Assembly (NCBI GenBank): GCA_001275005.1
Contig: JWZX01003186.1
Span: 1 to 47,540, forward strand
Direction of reading: 5' to 3'
Length of the DNA stretch: 47,540 nucleotides
Origin: Chrysochromulina tobinii
Taxonomy: Eukaryota
The translations under genes were made by a program, and so were the position numbers. This document shows, piece by piece, positions 19,425 through 29,090 of the stretch. Numbering within the stretch: position 1 is the first letter of the stretch; each line of letters begins with the position of its first letter. The notes beneath the pieces were generated by a model. It saw only the letters and a list, made by a program, of their open reading frames with translations. It was not told where the DNA came from and ran no database searches.

Positions 19425-21560
19425 TCACGTGGCAAGCCCGGGCATGCAGCCGCTGCCACGCGTCGCGTAGTGGGCCGCGAACGCATGGCTCGGCTCCCAG
19501 TTTCGGAACTGCTCGAGCTCGGGCTCGCCGAAGCCGAAGAAGGTGGTGCGCTCACGCCCCCAGCCGACCGCGTCGCGCTCTTGCACGATGGTGGCCGTCA
19601 CCGTCGAGGGTACGTTCCCTAAAAAGTAGGGCGCCGCGGCGCAGATGGTCTGGTCGACGGTGAGAGCGAACTCGTCACCGAGCGCGGGAGGCGGCCCGTA
19701 CCGACGCCCAGCGGCGATGGCGGCTCGAGCGGCAGCCTCGACGGCGGACGATGTGGCATCAGCGGCGGTTGGCTGGGCGCTCGGCTGGCCGTAGCGCGCG
19801 AAGCTGATGCCGTGCCGCTCCCTAAGAAGGTCTTCAAAGAGCTCAGGGCTCGGCGAGTCGGTGGCCAGAAAGATGTTGCCTGGCGCGATGCCCCACTGGT
19901 CGCGCGCCGCGACGATTCTCCTGGCGACCGCCTCCGTCGAGGGGTAGCACATGTCCATCGTGATGTTCCAGCCAAAGCAGCGTTGCCCCCATGCAGTATG
20001 GCAAAAGTCATGCAGCCGATCGGCGCCGCGACGGATGTGGACTGCCAAAAAGGGCGCCGTGCCGAAAAGGGCGGTGCGCACGCGCGTCGCCTCGGCATGA
20101 ATCGGCCCAACGTACCGCAGGTGGCCACGCGTGTACCGCAACGCCTCGTCCCAGCGCAAGTGGTCCATCCCCATGCCCACGGACGGCGCGGCGTCGAAGG
20201 CAAGTACCTCAGACGCCTCGTCACCGTACGTCGCGCGCCACCACTTGGCACCCAATCCCGCCTCGAAGCGCGAAAAGTAGCCGTGGCGGCTGGCGTCGTC
20301 GCTCACCCACCGCAGCTCAGACTGCTGCTGCAGAAAGTGAGGGAACTTGGCGGGCAGCTTCGTGGCGAAGCTGATGTTGTGGAACGCGAAGAAGCGCATC
20401 TGCGGCGGTCCTGAGCCAACGGCGCGGCAATGGAGCCGGGGCAGTTCGCGTGCCTGCCCCTCGGGTAACCACTCGCGTAACTCGCGTACGTCGAAGCCGG
20501 CTTGGCGGAGGGCGGTCAGGTTGAAAAAGTGCGAGGTAGGCAGCCAGCGCTCGGTAAAGGCGGAGACGCGCGTGAGGCGCGCGCCAAAGCGCACGAAGAA
20601 GCCCGGCAGCACCAGCGGCCGGCACAGCAGCCGTGAGAGGGCGAGCATGTGGATGAGTGAGGCGAGCACATTGTTGAACTGGCCGCAGGAGTGGTAGTCT
20701 TGGCGCACGTTGGCGCGAAGATCGTCGTGAAAGCAACCCTCTTCAAAGGGGTTGACCAGCAGGACGCCGTGCGCGCCGCCCGCGGGGCAACGCCCGCCGC
20801 TTGGCGTTAAGTCAGCCGGCAGCGGCGGCGGCGTCCAGCCGCTTTGCGCGCCGCACGCTGCGCTCGCCACCGCCATCGCCGCTGCTGCCGAGGGCACCGC
20901 GGTGGCCGAGATGTCGCTCGCTGCGCCGTAGCTCAGCGCATCGGGCGGCACGCCGTCGCCGCGCAGCGCGCGCAGCGTCGCCTCATAGGACGCGTCGAAT
21001 GGCCGCAGCTCGAGCGCCGCATGCGCGTGGCGCAGGGCCCCGGCTGCGTCGCCCAGATGGCGGAGCAGCCGTGCGAGCCCGTGATGCGCGGGTGGGCACG
21101 CGTGATCCTCCGCGAGGGCCGCACGGAGCACCTCGACCGCTTCCACGTACTCGCCGATGGCCGACCGCACGTTTGCGAGCCCGGCACTCGCTGCGCAGTC
21201 GCGCGGCACAAGCGAGAGCGCGTCTTCGTACGAGGCAGCCGCAACCTTCCACTCGCCGGCGTTCTCGTGCGCGACGCCGAGGCCGCGCAGCGCGGCAGCG
21301 ACGGCACTCACGTTTGCCTCTGCGAGCCCCAACCGCGCGGCTGCGTGCAGGTGCACAGCCACCTCCGCTGTTGCATATGGCTGCACCTGCAGCGTGAGCA
21401 GCCCATAGTGCAGTGGCGGCGCGTGCGCGTGCGGATCGGCGCGCGCGGCGTCGGCAAAGCACGCGCGCGCGCGCTCGGGCGCCTCGTGCTGGAGCTCGAG
21501 GCCGAGCTGCAGCCATGCCGCCGCCGTGCTAGCTGGCGGCGCATTGCACGACGTCGCCAT
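19425..21560 (-). CDS. TPR-repeat protein fused to a GDP-fucose protein O-fucosyltransferase-like (POFUT/O-FucT) domain
   Basis: N-terminal TPR-like helices (AWLQLG...A..CF..A; LRGLGVAHENAGEWKVAAASYEDAL). C-terminal GQFNN...LSRLLCRPLVLP, FLAVHIRRG, IFLATD and VDQTICAAAPYFLG are typical of the O-FucT family. Confidence 0.8.
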   Translation of the reverse strand: MATSCNAPPASTAAAWLQLGLELQHEAPERARACFADAARADPHAHAPPLHYGLLTLQVQPYATAEVAVHLHAAARLGLAEANVSAVAAALRGLGVAHENAGEWKVAAASYEDALSLVPRDCAASAGLANVRSAIGEYVEAVEVLRAALAEDHACPPAHHGLARLLRHLGDAAGALRHAHAALELRPFDASYEATLRALRGDGVPPDALSYGAASDISATAVPSAAAAMAVASAACGAQSGWTPPPLPADLTPSGGRCPAGGAHGVLLVNPFEEGCFHDDLRANVRQDYHSCGQFNNVLASLIHMLALSRLLCRPLVLPGFFVRFGARLTRVSAFTERWLPTSHFFNLTALRQAGFDVRELREWLPEGQARELPRLHCRAVGSGPPQMRFFAFHNISFATKLPAKFPHFLQQQSELRWVSDDASRHGYFSRFEAGLGAKWWRATYGDEASEVLAFDAAPSVGMGMDHLRWDEALRYTRGHLRYVGPIHAEATRVRTALFGTAPFLAVHIRRGADRLHDFCHTAWGQRCFGWNITMDMCYPSTEAVARRIVAARDQWGIAPGNIFLATDSPSPELFEDLLRERHGISFARYGQPSAQPTAADATSSAVEAAARAAIAAGRRYGPPPALGDEFALTVDQTICAAAPYFLGNVPSTVTATIVQERDAVGWGRERTTFFGFGEPELEQFRNWEPSHAFAAHYATRGSGCMPGLAT

Positions 21561-21693
21561 TGGAAAAAGCCCGCGCTTCTTTTCACCGCGTTATGCGCTT
21601 TGTGTGTTCATGAAAATCTTTATTTTCGATGGGTCGAAGCAACGGTCGCTTCCGTGAATTCACACAGCCCTTTTTCCGCCGACTCGCTTCGGC

Positions 21694-22768
21694 ATGGCTG
21701 CCGCCCACCTCGCGTCGGTGGTGAGCCTCTTCGACCAACTCAAGAAATGCTACGACGCCGGCGAGACCAAGGCGGACGAGGCGATCGCCATGCTCGCGAA
21801 GCTCAAGATCGCCATGCTCTCTTTCACATCGCTGGTGAGTGGCCAGAGCGGCGGTCACACCAAGCCCAGGACCCTCTGCGAGAGCGCTGCCTCTGCTGAC
21901 GCCTGCGACGTGTGCGCGTGTGCGCGCTATGTGCAGCCGCATGCAATGGCCGCGGCGCCCTCCCCTGTTGATCGTGTGTTGGTTCACGAGGAGTTGCTCG
22001 TCGCTCGCGAGATCCTGGAGCATGGCGCGCTGCTGTCCATCCGGCAGATGGACATCCCCGCCTTTGAGCGGTACGTCGCGCAGCTCAAGGTGTACTACTC
22101 CGACGCGTCGATATTGACGCCGTCGCAGCGGCAGTTTCCCATCCTCGGCCTCAACCTGCTGCGGCTGCTCGCGCAGAACCGCATTGCTGAGTTCCACACC
22201 GAGCTCGAGCTGATCCCGACCGAGCTGCAGCACGCCAACATCTACATCAAGTACCCCGCGCAGCTCGAGCAGCACATCATGGAGGGCTCATACCACAAGG
22301 TACTGTCTGCGAAGACGGACGGGCGTCTTCTCGCAGGAGGGCATGTGAGTCGCGCCTTCATCCAATCCCTTCCCCTGTCGGCATCGCCACCCTCGGCCCA
22401 TTGGCATGAGTGCCTCGCGGAACGCAGCTCGCGCGGCCGCGCGGATCTCTGCGCAATCATCGTGTTCCGGTCGCCCCGCCCCACGCAGGTACTTCATGGA
22501 CATGCTCGTGGATACGGTGCGCGAGGAGATCGCCGAGTGCTCCGAGAAAGCCTACACGTCCATCGCGGCCTCGGAGCTGCAGAGCATGCTCATGCTCACC
22601 TCTGGCGAAGCCCTCGCCGAGTTCGTCGAGCAGCGCGGCTGGCGCCTCGACGGCAAGACCGTCGCCTTCTCGAAGGCCGAGGAGGAGCAGCCCACGCAGA
22701 AGCTGCCGTCCGCGCAGCTCATCCAGGAGACGCTCTCCTATGCTAAGGAGCTCGAGCGCATCGTGTGA
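21694..22768 (+). CDS. RPN12: 26S proteasome regulatory subunit RPN12/PSMD8; introns 21835-21936 (GT-AG) and 22341-22488 (GC-AG)
   Basis: Motifs AREILEHGALLSI, FERYVAQLKVYY, LGLNLLRLLAQNRIAEFHTELE, LEQHIMEGSYHKV, TVREEIAECSEKAY and the C-terminus YAKELERIV. Confidence 0.93.
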
Positions 22769-23005
22769 GCCCGCCGCGGCGCGCCCGTTCAGCTCTGCGT
22801 TCCCCACGAGACTACACGAGACACATGTGTTGGACCCCGAGTTACATCGGCGCCCCAAACATCGAAAGTTACACACCCACACTATCCGGATAGAAAGGGT
22901 AAAGCCGAGCAGCAGCCTGACCGCCTCCTGGAACTTGCCAAAGAAGGTGACGCTTTCAGAGCATTCCGGTTGGTCCCGACATGTGTCGCTCCTTCAATTG
23001 GATTC

Positions 23006-23848
23006 ATGCAAGCTCCCATTAAGGCTTTCGCATCGCACAACTGGGGAAGCGACGCGCTCAACCACAAGCGAGTGGTCAGACTGTGCACTGTGCTCAGGGA
23101 ACGTGGAGTCGACGTCTGGTTAGACGAGACGCACATGAAGGGCAATATTCTCGACGCCATGTGCAAAGGTATCGACGAGTCGGACGTCGTCCTCGTGTTC
23201 GTGACGAGAGAATACATTGATAAAGTCCAAGGTGGTACAATCACTGACAACTGTCGCCGCGAGTTCATGTACGCAAGCCAAGCCCATGCACAGAAGATGA
23301 TCGCAGTCCGATTCGATGCCGACCTCGGAGCCCATTGGTCTGGGCCAGTCGGGATGGTTTTGGGCTCGACGATGTATGCTGACATGGCAAAGGACCCTAT
23401 AAGCGATTCAGCCATCGAATCCCTTGTCAAGCTCATGCAACCACACGCGCGTCCTAGAACCGCTGTGGCGCGCACTCACCTCCGATCCGCCGGAGGTGCT
23501 GGCAAGATCGCCCAAGATCGCCGCCGCACATCAGGCGCATTGGAGGTGAGTGGACATGGACGCCACGGCCAATCCGAATCCGGCGATGGGACCCCCCGGG
23601 ACACCAAGCCATCCAGCATGAAGTTCGGGCTGCATGTGGCGTCAGCACCTGTTGGAGTAAGGGACATACGTACTCGCGCCAATCGGCTGGCCAACATTCT
23701 CAACTTCCACAGTACTGACCTCCACATAGCGCAGATTGTGAACAAGGCAGCGGAAACGTTGGGGCTGTCGCTGGGCGAAGAGCTCAAGTTCCACGACCGC
23801 CTTGAGTTGATCGAGGCCGAGCTTGGACTGCTGCACACCAGCGCGTAA
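23006..23848 (+). CDS. TIR-domain (TIR_2-like) protein with a small helical C-terminal domain
   Basis: AFASHNW (box 1), LRERGVDVWLDE, MCKGIDESDVVLVFVTREY, NCRREFMYA (Glu at the catalytic position), MIAVRFD, WSGPVGMVLG. Intronless. Confidence 0.85.
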   Translation: MQAPIKAFASHNWGSDALNHKRVVRLCTVLRERGVDVWLDETHMKGNILDAMCKGIDESDVVLVFVTREYIDKVQGGTITDNCRREFMYASQAHAQKMIAVRFDADLGAHWSGPVGMVLGSTMYADMAKDPISDSAIESLVKLMQPHARPRTAVARTHLRSAGGAGKIAQDRRRTSGALEVSGHGRHGQSESGDGTPRDTKPSSMKFGLHVASAPVGVRDIRTRANRLANILNFHSTDLHIAQIVNKAAETLGLSLGEELKFHDRLELIEAELGLLHTSA

Positions 23849-24045
23849 GAGCCCCCGGTTCTTCCGTTCTCTTCGCTCGCAGCCATCGGCCCGGTCGTAA
23901 GGCCGGTGGCCGCGCAGTGGGTTTGACTGAGTCGACTCTCCGGACTCGCACTCCGAATGTTATAACATACCTATATACACTACCGGTCTACAGGTAATTA
24001 TCCCCGTAAACTAAGATCCAAAGGAGATTTACTACGGTACGAAGA

Positions 24046-25239
24046 CTATTCCCTTGATAGCCGCTTTCTCGCCGCGCCGTGCCGCTTGGCAGCGCTCTTG
24101 GCCAGGTAGCGCTTAACCCAGGCAGCATGCTCGACGTCGCGCTTGCGTGGGCTGCGCGACTGCCGCGGCTCTTGGCCGTCGTGGTTGTCGTCTTCGGAGG
24201 AGCGACGGCGCATGTACCAGGAGAGACCGTGATGCTGCTCATCCTCCATGTGGAAGCGAGGCTGATCCCATCCACGGGCTGCGAGGCGGCGTACGACCGA
24301 CTCGATGGCAGCGAGATCCGCCGAGACATAGAGCTCGTCAGCCAGATCGGGCCACTGCGCCCACGCCGCATACAGCATCCGCCGGCAATGCTCCTTGACG
24401 TGGCCAAAGCCCCGCCTCGGGGGGTACATGGCGCACAGCTCCAGATAGCGCGCCGCAAGAGCATCCTGGTCGACGTACGAACCGTCCGGCCGACGGTTGG
24501 AGGAGAAGAGAGCCGGGTTCTCAAGCAGAGCCTCGCCCACCATGACGGCCGCCGCGCCGGTGTGCTCAAGTAGTGAAGCAGCACACCGTGAAGTGGCCAC
24601 GCCGCCGTTCGCAATGACAGGCACGGCGAGCGCAGCCACGACGTCTCGGATCGTATCCCAGTCGGCGGCGCCGATTCCAAGTTGCCGGCGGGTCTGAAGC
24701 CGGGATCGCCCATGAAGGGTTAGTGCGCTGACACCGGCGTCTTGCAGCTTCAAGGCCATCTTGATCGTCCGCGCATGCGTTGTTTGCAGACGCATCTTGA
24801 CGCTCACTGGCCGCTCGGTCCGTTGGCACAGAGCTCGAACACACTCGAGCGCGAGCTCTGGCGTGTTCTCGAGCAGAAAGGCGCCATAATTTCCCGCCTC
24901 CGCGATCTCCTGCGGGCATCCTAGGTTCAGGTCGATAACATCTGAGTCGTCACTGCAAAGCCGCGCGGCGGCTGCAAGATGATCTGGGTCATGACCTGCG
25001 AGCTGCGTCACGAGAGGACGGTCCGCACTGCCACCCGGGTCGAATGTTCTCCGCGAGTAAGCGGGCTCCGAGACCATGAGCCGTGCGTTGAGCATGGGTG
25101 TGAATGCCAACTCGCAGCCGTGCTCTCGGCAGAGCGTGCGGAACGCTAGGTCGCTCGCGTCGACCATGGGCGCCGCCACGTGGCGTGGGCTGCCGAGGGA
25201 ACGCCAGGCTCGCCACAAGCTGCTGCCGGTCATCGTCAT
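24046..25239 (-). CDS. DUS1: tRNA-dihydrouridine synthase (DUS1-like)
   Basis: Motifs LGSPRHVAAPMVDASDLAFRTLCR, DRPLVTQLAG, IDLNLGCPQ, YGAFLLE, VSVKMRL, LTLHGR, ADWDTI, PVIANGG and GEALLENPALF. Confidence 0.9.
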   Translation of the reverse strand: MTMTGSSLWRAWRSLGSPRHVAAPMVDASDLAFRTLCREHGCELAFTPMLNARLMVSEPAYSRRTFDPGGSADRPLVTQLAGHDPDHLAAAARLCSDDSDVIDLNLGCPQEIAEAGNYGAFLLENTPELALECVRALCQRTERPVSVKMRLQTTHARTIKMALKLQDAGVSALTLHGRSRLQTRRQLGIGAADWDTIRDVVAALAVPVIANGGVATSRCAASLLEHTGAAAVMVGEALLENPALFSSNRRPDGSYVDQDALAARYLELCAMYPPRRGFGHVKEHCRRMLYAAWAQWPDLADELYVSADLAAIESVVRRLAARGWDQPRFHMEDEQHHGLSWYMRRRSSEDDNHDGQEPRQSRSPRKRDVEHAAWVKRYLAKSAAKRHGAARKRLSRE

Positions 25240-25535
25240 GCGAGACCAGCCAAGGGGTCGAGGCTCGCCGCGATTGTGAACTCCAAGGGCGCGCTGTGAC
25301 GGGCGGAAAATGTCGTGCAACGACAACGCGGGGACGCCACGCAGATACGAATGTGCGCTGCCGCTCGCGAGATGGAAAAGTTTTCAAGACGGAGTCGGAA
25401 TTCCGGGCTTCTCCGGGGATCGGCGAAAACTGCTGTGGGAAAGCAAGAACCTGTTGCATTCGAAGGGGCGAAGGCTACCTCAACCCGCCCGGAGCTTGGG
25501 CGCTTGAAGAAGGGCCTCCGGGGCGAGTTCCGGGG

Positions 25536-26347
25536 ATGCCTCCAACGGCGGCGATGACGGCGATGACGATGGACGGTGCGTCGACGTCGAATGCCAGCAA
25601 CATCGCGTCGCACAACTAGATCGGCGACGCATTCCTCGAGGTCATTGCCACCTCGAATCCAGAGCTGCGAAATGGGGCGCCAAGTGGGCATTCGGTGCCG
25701 GAGGAGTTTGTCTGCCAACGAGATCAACGAGTTCAACGCGACGTTTGTGACGAGCATCTACCTCATTCCGAAAGGCAAAACAAACGCGGGCAAGCATCGT
25801 GGCTCTCGAGAAACTGGGGCGGCATGATCCACGACCTCAAGAAGCGCTTCCAGCACTCGACGGAGCAGAGTACAAAGGTGAGCTCGCGCGCCTGCGCCGT
25901 GTGCGCTTGCTTGCCTGGCTTGCCTGCTGAGCGCGCGCGCGCGCGCCTGCGCCGTGTGCGCCACGCGTCTGCCTGCTTGCCTGGCTCCCGCCAGCCAGCT
26001 GCTGCTGCTGACGGCAAGGGATCCAAGCACCCAATGGCGTTTTGAGCAATGCTCTGCGTATCGGGGTTGGCCCGCCGCGCGTGTGCCTGTGCTGAGCGCG
26101 CGCGCCTGCGCCGCGCGTCCGCCTGCTTTGCCTGCTTTGCTGCTTGCCTGTTGATGCCTTCGCCTCGTACGCCTGCACTCAGGACTTGAACGGCGACAAC
26201 AGCGACCAAGCTGAGTGGTACAAGAAGATCAAGGCGAAGATAGGGCACTTGATACACCAAAGAAAAGTCCACGAGTTCACCAGCGCGGAGGCCAATGCCG
26301 ATGTGGAGCACGAGGTGTTCCACGTTCACGTCAAGGCGCGGTGTTGA
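25536..26347 (+). pseudogene. Decayed gene, probably TE-derived, with an in-frame stop, probable frameshifts and a repeat-filled intron 25878-26182
   Basis: The frame from ATG 25536 is broken by TAG 25617-25619, and protein-like segments alternate frames (NATFVTSIYLIPKGKTNAG; NWGGMIHDLKKRF). A clean phase-0 splice AAG|GTGAGC...CTCAG|GAC continues into DLNGDNSDQAEWYKKIKAKIG. GAGTTCCGGGG motifs flank it in inverted orientation. Confidence 0.45.
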
Positions 26348-26697
26348 CCATCTGAGCGATTGGGCGATCGACTTGACGCACGCGCGCGCTCGTTTGGAAG
26401 AAGGGCAACAGGAAATTCAACGCGGACACGAAGACGTGGCTGCGGATCTGTTCGCTGCGAAGAGTTCGACCTCGCGATGGTCAGAGGCGCAGAAGGCGAG
26501 CGCCGAGCGCGTGCATGAGTTTCGGGGAGGTTCTATTCGTGTCGGGTTGTGTGTAGGCTTGCTATATACATCCTCTGGGGGGCTACGCCCCCACCCCCGG
26601 AACTCCGGGGCTGCGCCCCGGAACTCCCAATTTTTCCCGCGGGGCCCGACACCCTTGATAATTTCTCGTCGGCCGCCGCCCGCGCTGGTTCTCGAGG

Positions 26698-28248
26698 ATG
26701 ATCACGCCTCCCATCCGAAGGCGACCTAGCTTCGAAAGGCTTGCGACGCTTCGTGCCAAGTATAGCTTCCCACTGTCCTCCACCGCTGGCGGGAGGGCTG
26801 GTGTAAGTGTCGCAGAGGCAACGCTGACGATTGCCAAGACCTGTATCGGCGGAGGCATCCTGGCGCTGCCCTATGCACATCTTCAAGGCGGTGTGCTCGC
26901 AGTGCCGTCAATGTGTCTTCTCGGATTGTGGAACTTGATCACCTCGCAGCAGCTTCTGGAGGCGTATGAGGCGCTCCCCACGTCTGAGGCGCGAGCCTCA
27001 CGCACCGGCTACTCGGCAGTCGCACATGCCGCGCTCGGCGCTAGCGGCGTGCTCCTGCTCGACGTGTCGGTCTGCTTGCTGCTCACCGGCGTATGCGCCT
27101 CGATGCAGGTGTCAGCAGCCCACTTGGTGGAGGAAATCGTGCCGCGCATGGCGCTGCCATTTGGCGACAGCTACAGTGTGCTGGTGCTGTTAAGTGGCGG
27201 CTGCCTCGTGCCGCTGGCGCTGTTGCGCGACCTCTCCCGCCTGGCCGTCGTCGCCGGCGTTGGCCTCTCCGTGATCACATTTGGCTTGCTCGTCGTCGCG
27301 GCGAGCGGGGTCGCGCGTTTCGGGATGCCGTCGCCGCCCCAGCAGCTGCTCGAGCTGCCAGACCTCTCTGGCGTCGCCTCGTTCTTCAGCATCGCCGCTT
27401 TCTCGTTTGGCATGCAAACGAATCTGCTGCCAGTGCGCGATGGCATGGCTGAACCAACTCGTGCACCTGAGGCGCTGACTCTCGCGGTGATCGTCGTGGT
27501 GGGTGCCAACACGGCGGTGGGCGTGGGCCTCGCCTGGCTGTACGCGGGAGGAGGAGAAGATGTAGAGCAGCTGATCCTTCTAAACCTTCCGCCCAGCTCG
27601 CTGCCAGCTTACTTGGTCCAGGCCTCCACCGCCGCCGTCGCGATCCTCGGCTATCCGCTGCCGATGATGCCAGTGATGCAACTGCTCCCCGCACGCTTGC
27701 CGCCGGCGCTGCGCACAGAGGGAAGCGATGGACGAGGCGCCGTCGCGGGCGCGGGCGCTCGTGTGGGGTTCCTCTCGATCACCACGGCGCTCGCCCTTGC
27801 TCTTCGCGAGTTTGCCGTCGTCGCTAGCCTCTGTGGCATCCTCGCCATCTTTGTGTGCCTCGTGCTGCCGCCACTCTGCCACCTGCGCCTGTGTTCGTGC
27901 CCGCCCTCCCACGACGATGACGGCGTCGACGGCAGCCTCACGTCCAACAACGGGCGCGTGCGCGCGGGAGTCTATGTGCCAACGCGGCGCGCGGACGGCC
28001 GTTTGGATTGGCTCCGGCGCAACTCGAGCTTGACACAGGGTGCCCGCTCTCTCACCGGCGCGAGCTGGCGGCCGATGTCGGCACTCGTCGATGCGGCGCT
28101 CGTCGCCGTCGGAGTGGGCGCATTGGCTTACTTCACGGCCGCTGCGCTGCGGAGCATGGGGTCGTCCTCGCCGGAACTCGATGATACCGTGGGCGACGTG
28201 AGCAACAGAGATGTGAGCAGCGGCGAATTCGTCATGGCTGGGGGCTAG
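26698..28248 (+). CDS. Amino acid transporter, Aa_trans (AAAP/SLC36-like) family
   Basis: ATLTIAKTCIGGGILALPYA, about 11 hydrophobic segments, FSIAAFSFGMQ..LLPV and LVLPPLCHL. Confidence 0.85.
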   Translation: MITPPIRRRPSFERLATLRAKYSFPLSSTAGGRAGVSVAEATLTIAKTCIGGGILALPYAHLQGGVLAVPSMCLLGLWNLITSQQLLEAYEALPTSEARASRTGYSAVAHAALGASGVLLLDVSVCLLLTGVCASMQVSAAHLVEEIVPRMALPFGDSYSVLVLLSGGCLVPLALLRDLSRLAVVAGVGLSVITFGLLVVAASGVARFGMPSPPQQLLELPDLSGVASFFSIAAFSFGMQTNLLPVRDGMAEPTRAPEALTLAVIVVVGANTAVGVGLAWLYAGGGEDVEQLILLNLPPSSLPAYLVQASTAAVAILGYPLPMMPVMQLLPARLPPALRTEGSDGRGAVAGAGARVGFLSITTALALALREFAVVASLCGILAIFVCLVLPPLCHLRLCSCPPSHDDDGVDGSLTSNNGRVRAGVYVPTRRADGRLDWLRRNSSLTQGARSLTGASWRPMSALVDAALVAVGVGALAYFTAAALRSMGSSSPELDDTVGDVSNRDVSSGEFVMAGG

Positions 28249-29090
28249 GCGGCGCATCCAAGCTGCCATGTGAGGGATTCGCTTTGTGCTTTGTGGGGCT
28301 TTGAGCGATATGATCGAAGAACGCCATGAAGCATGATTGATACAGCGGAGCCTTTTGTAGTACGGTACAACGATCGGACGCGGTTAAGAACGCGGCTGGA
28401 TCGTCGCTGGTACGGTTCTTACGTTTTCGGGGGCGCACATTTCGCTGTCGCCACACATTTCTGATTGTGATTCGAAACGCATTTACAACCCGCTTAATCA
28501 TTATTTTTTGCGTAATTCACGGTCCACGCGGGTCGCCGCGGTAGCTACCGGGCGCGGGATCCGCCAGCTCGCCAGCGTCGCGGCCGGATCAACGGTCGAG
28601 ACACACGGTCAGTAGTCACATAGGGAGCTCTCGCATGGCACGCCACATGGCACGATAAACGCCATCTCGAGACCATGCTCGAGACACATGATGTCGAGAT
28701 CAGGGGCCATGGTCCAAGGGAGATGGTCCCTGCACCGCACTGTGCGATGCGATCAGAGTATGCTAAGGTTATGCACCGCGTCCCCCGAATATTCTTCGAG
28801 GCACGCATCCGCACCAGCCGGTCGGCGAGGACTTCTTCCCGGTTGTCGAACTCACGATCGACGCCTGGCGTTTCGCGAACACCCTCGTGAACCTCTGAGC
28901 GTCATTATGGGCGTCGCACCTGCCAGCGACGCCCAACGCGACGCCCCAGACCACCCACCAACCCAATGCCACCATCCCCGGCCATTCCAATCACGCCGCT
29001 GACTGTATGCCGCCGACTGTATGCAGCCGACTAAACAGTGCGTCGCGGGGCCACGGTCGACATCAAAGATGTGCCTAGTCCTGAGGTCGC

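Noticed and set aside
18412..21560. ALG13 and O-FucT adjacency (plus distant GT31) as a glycosylation cluster
   Set aside because: Different pathways; glycosyltransferases are numerous in algal genomes, so adjacency is plausibly chance.
28250..29090. Several 70-140 aa ORFs in the transporter/monooxygenase intergenic gap
   Set aside because: No motifs or coding-like codon bias; probably UTR or intergenic DNA.
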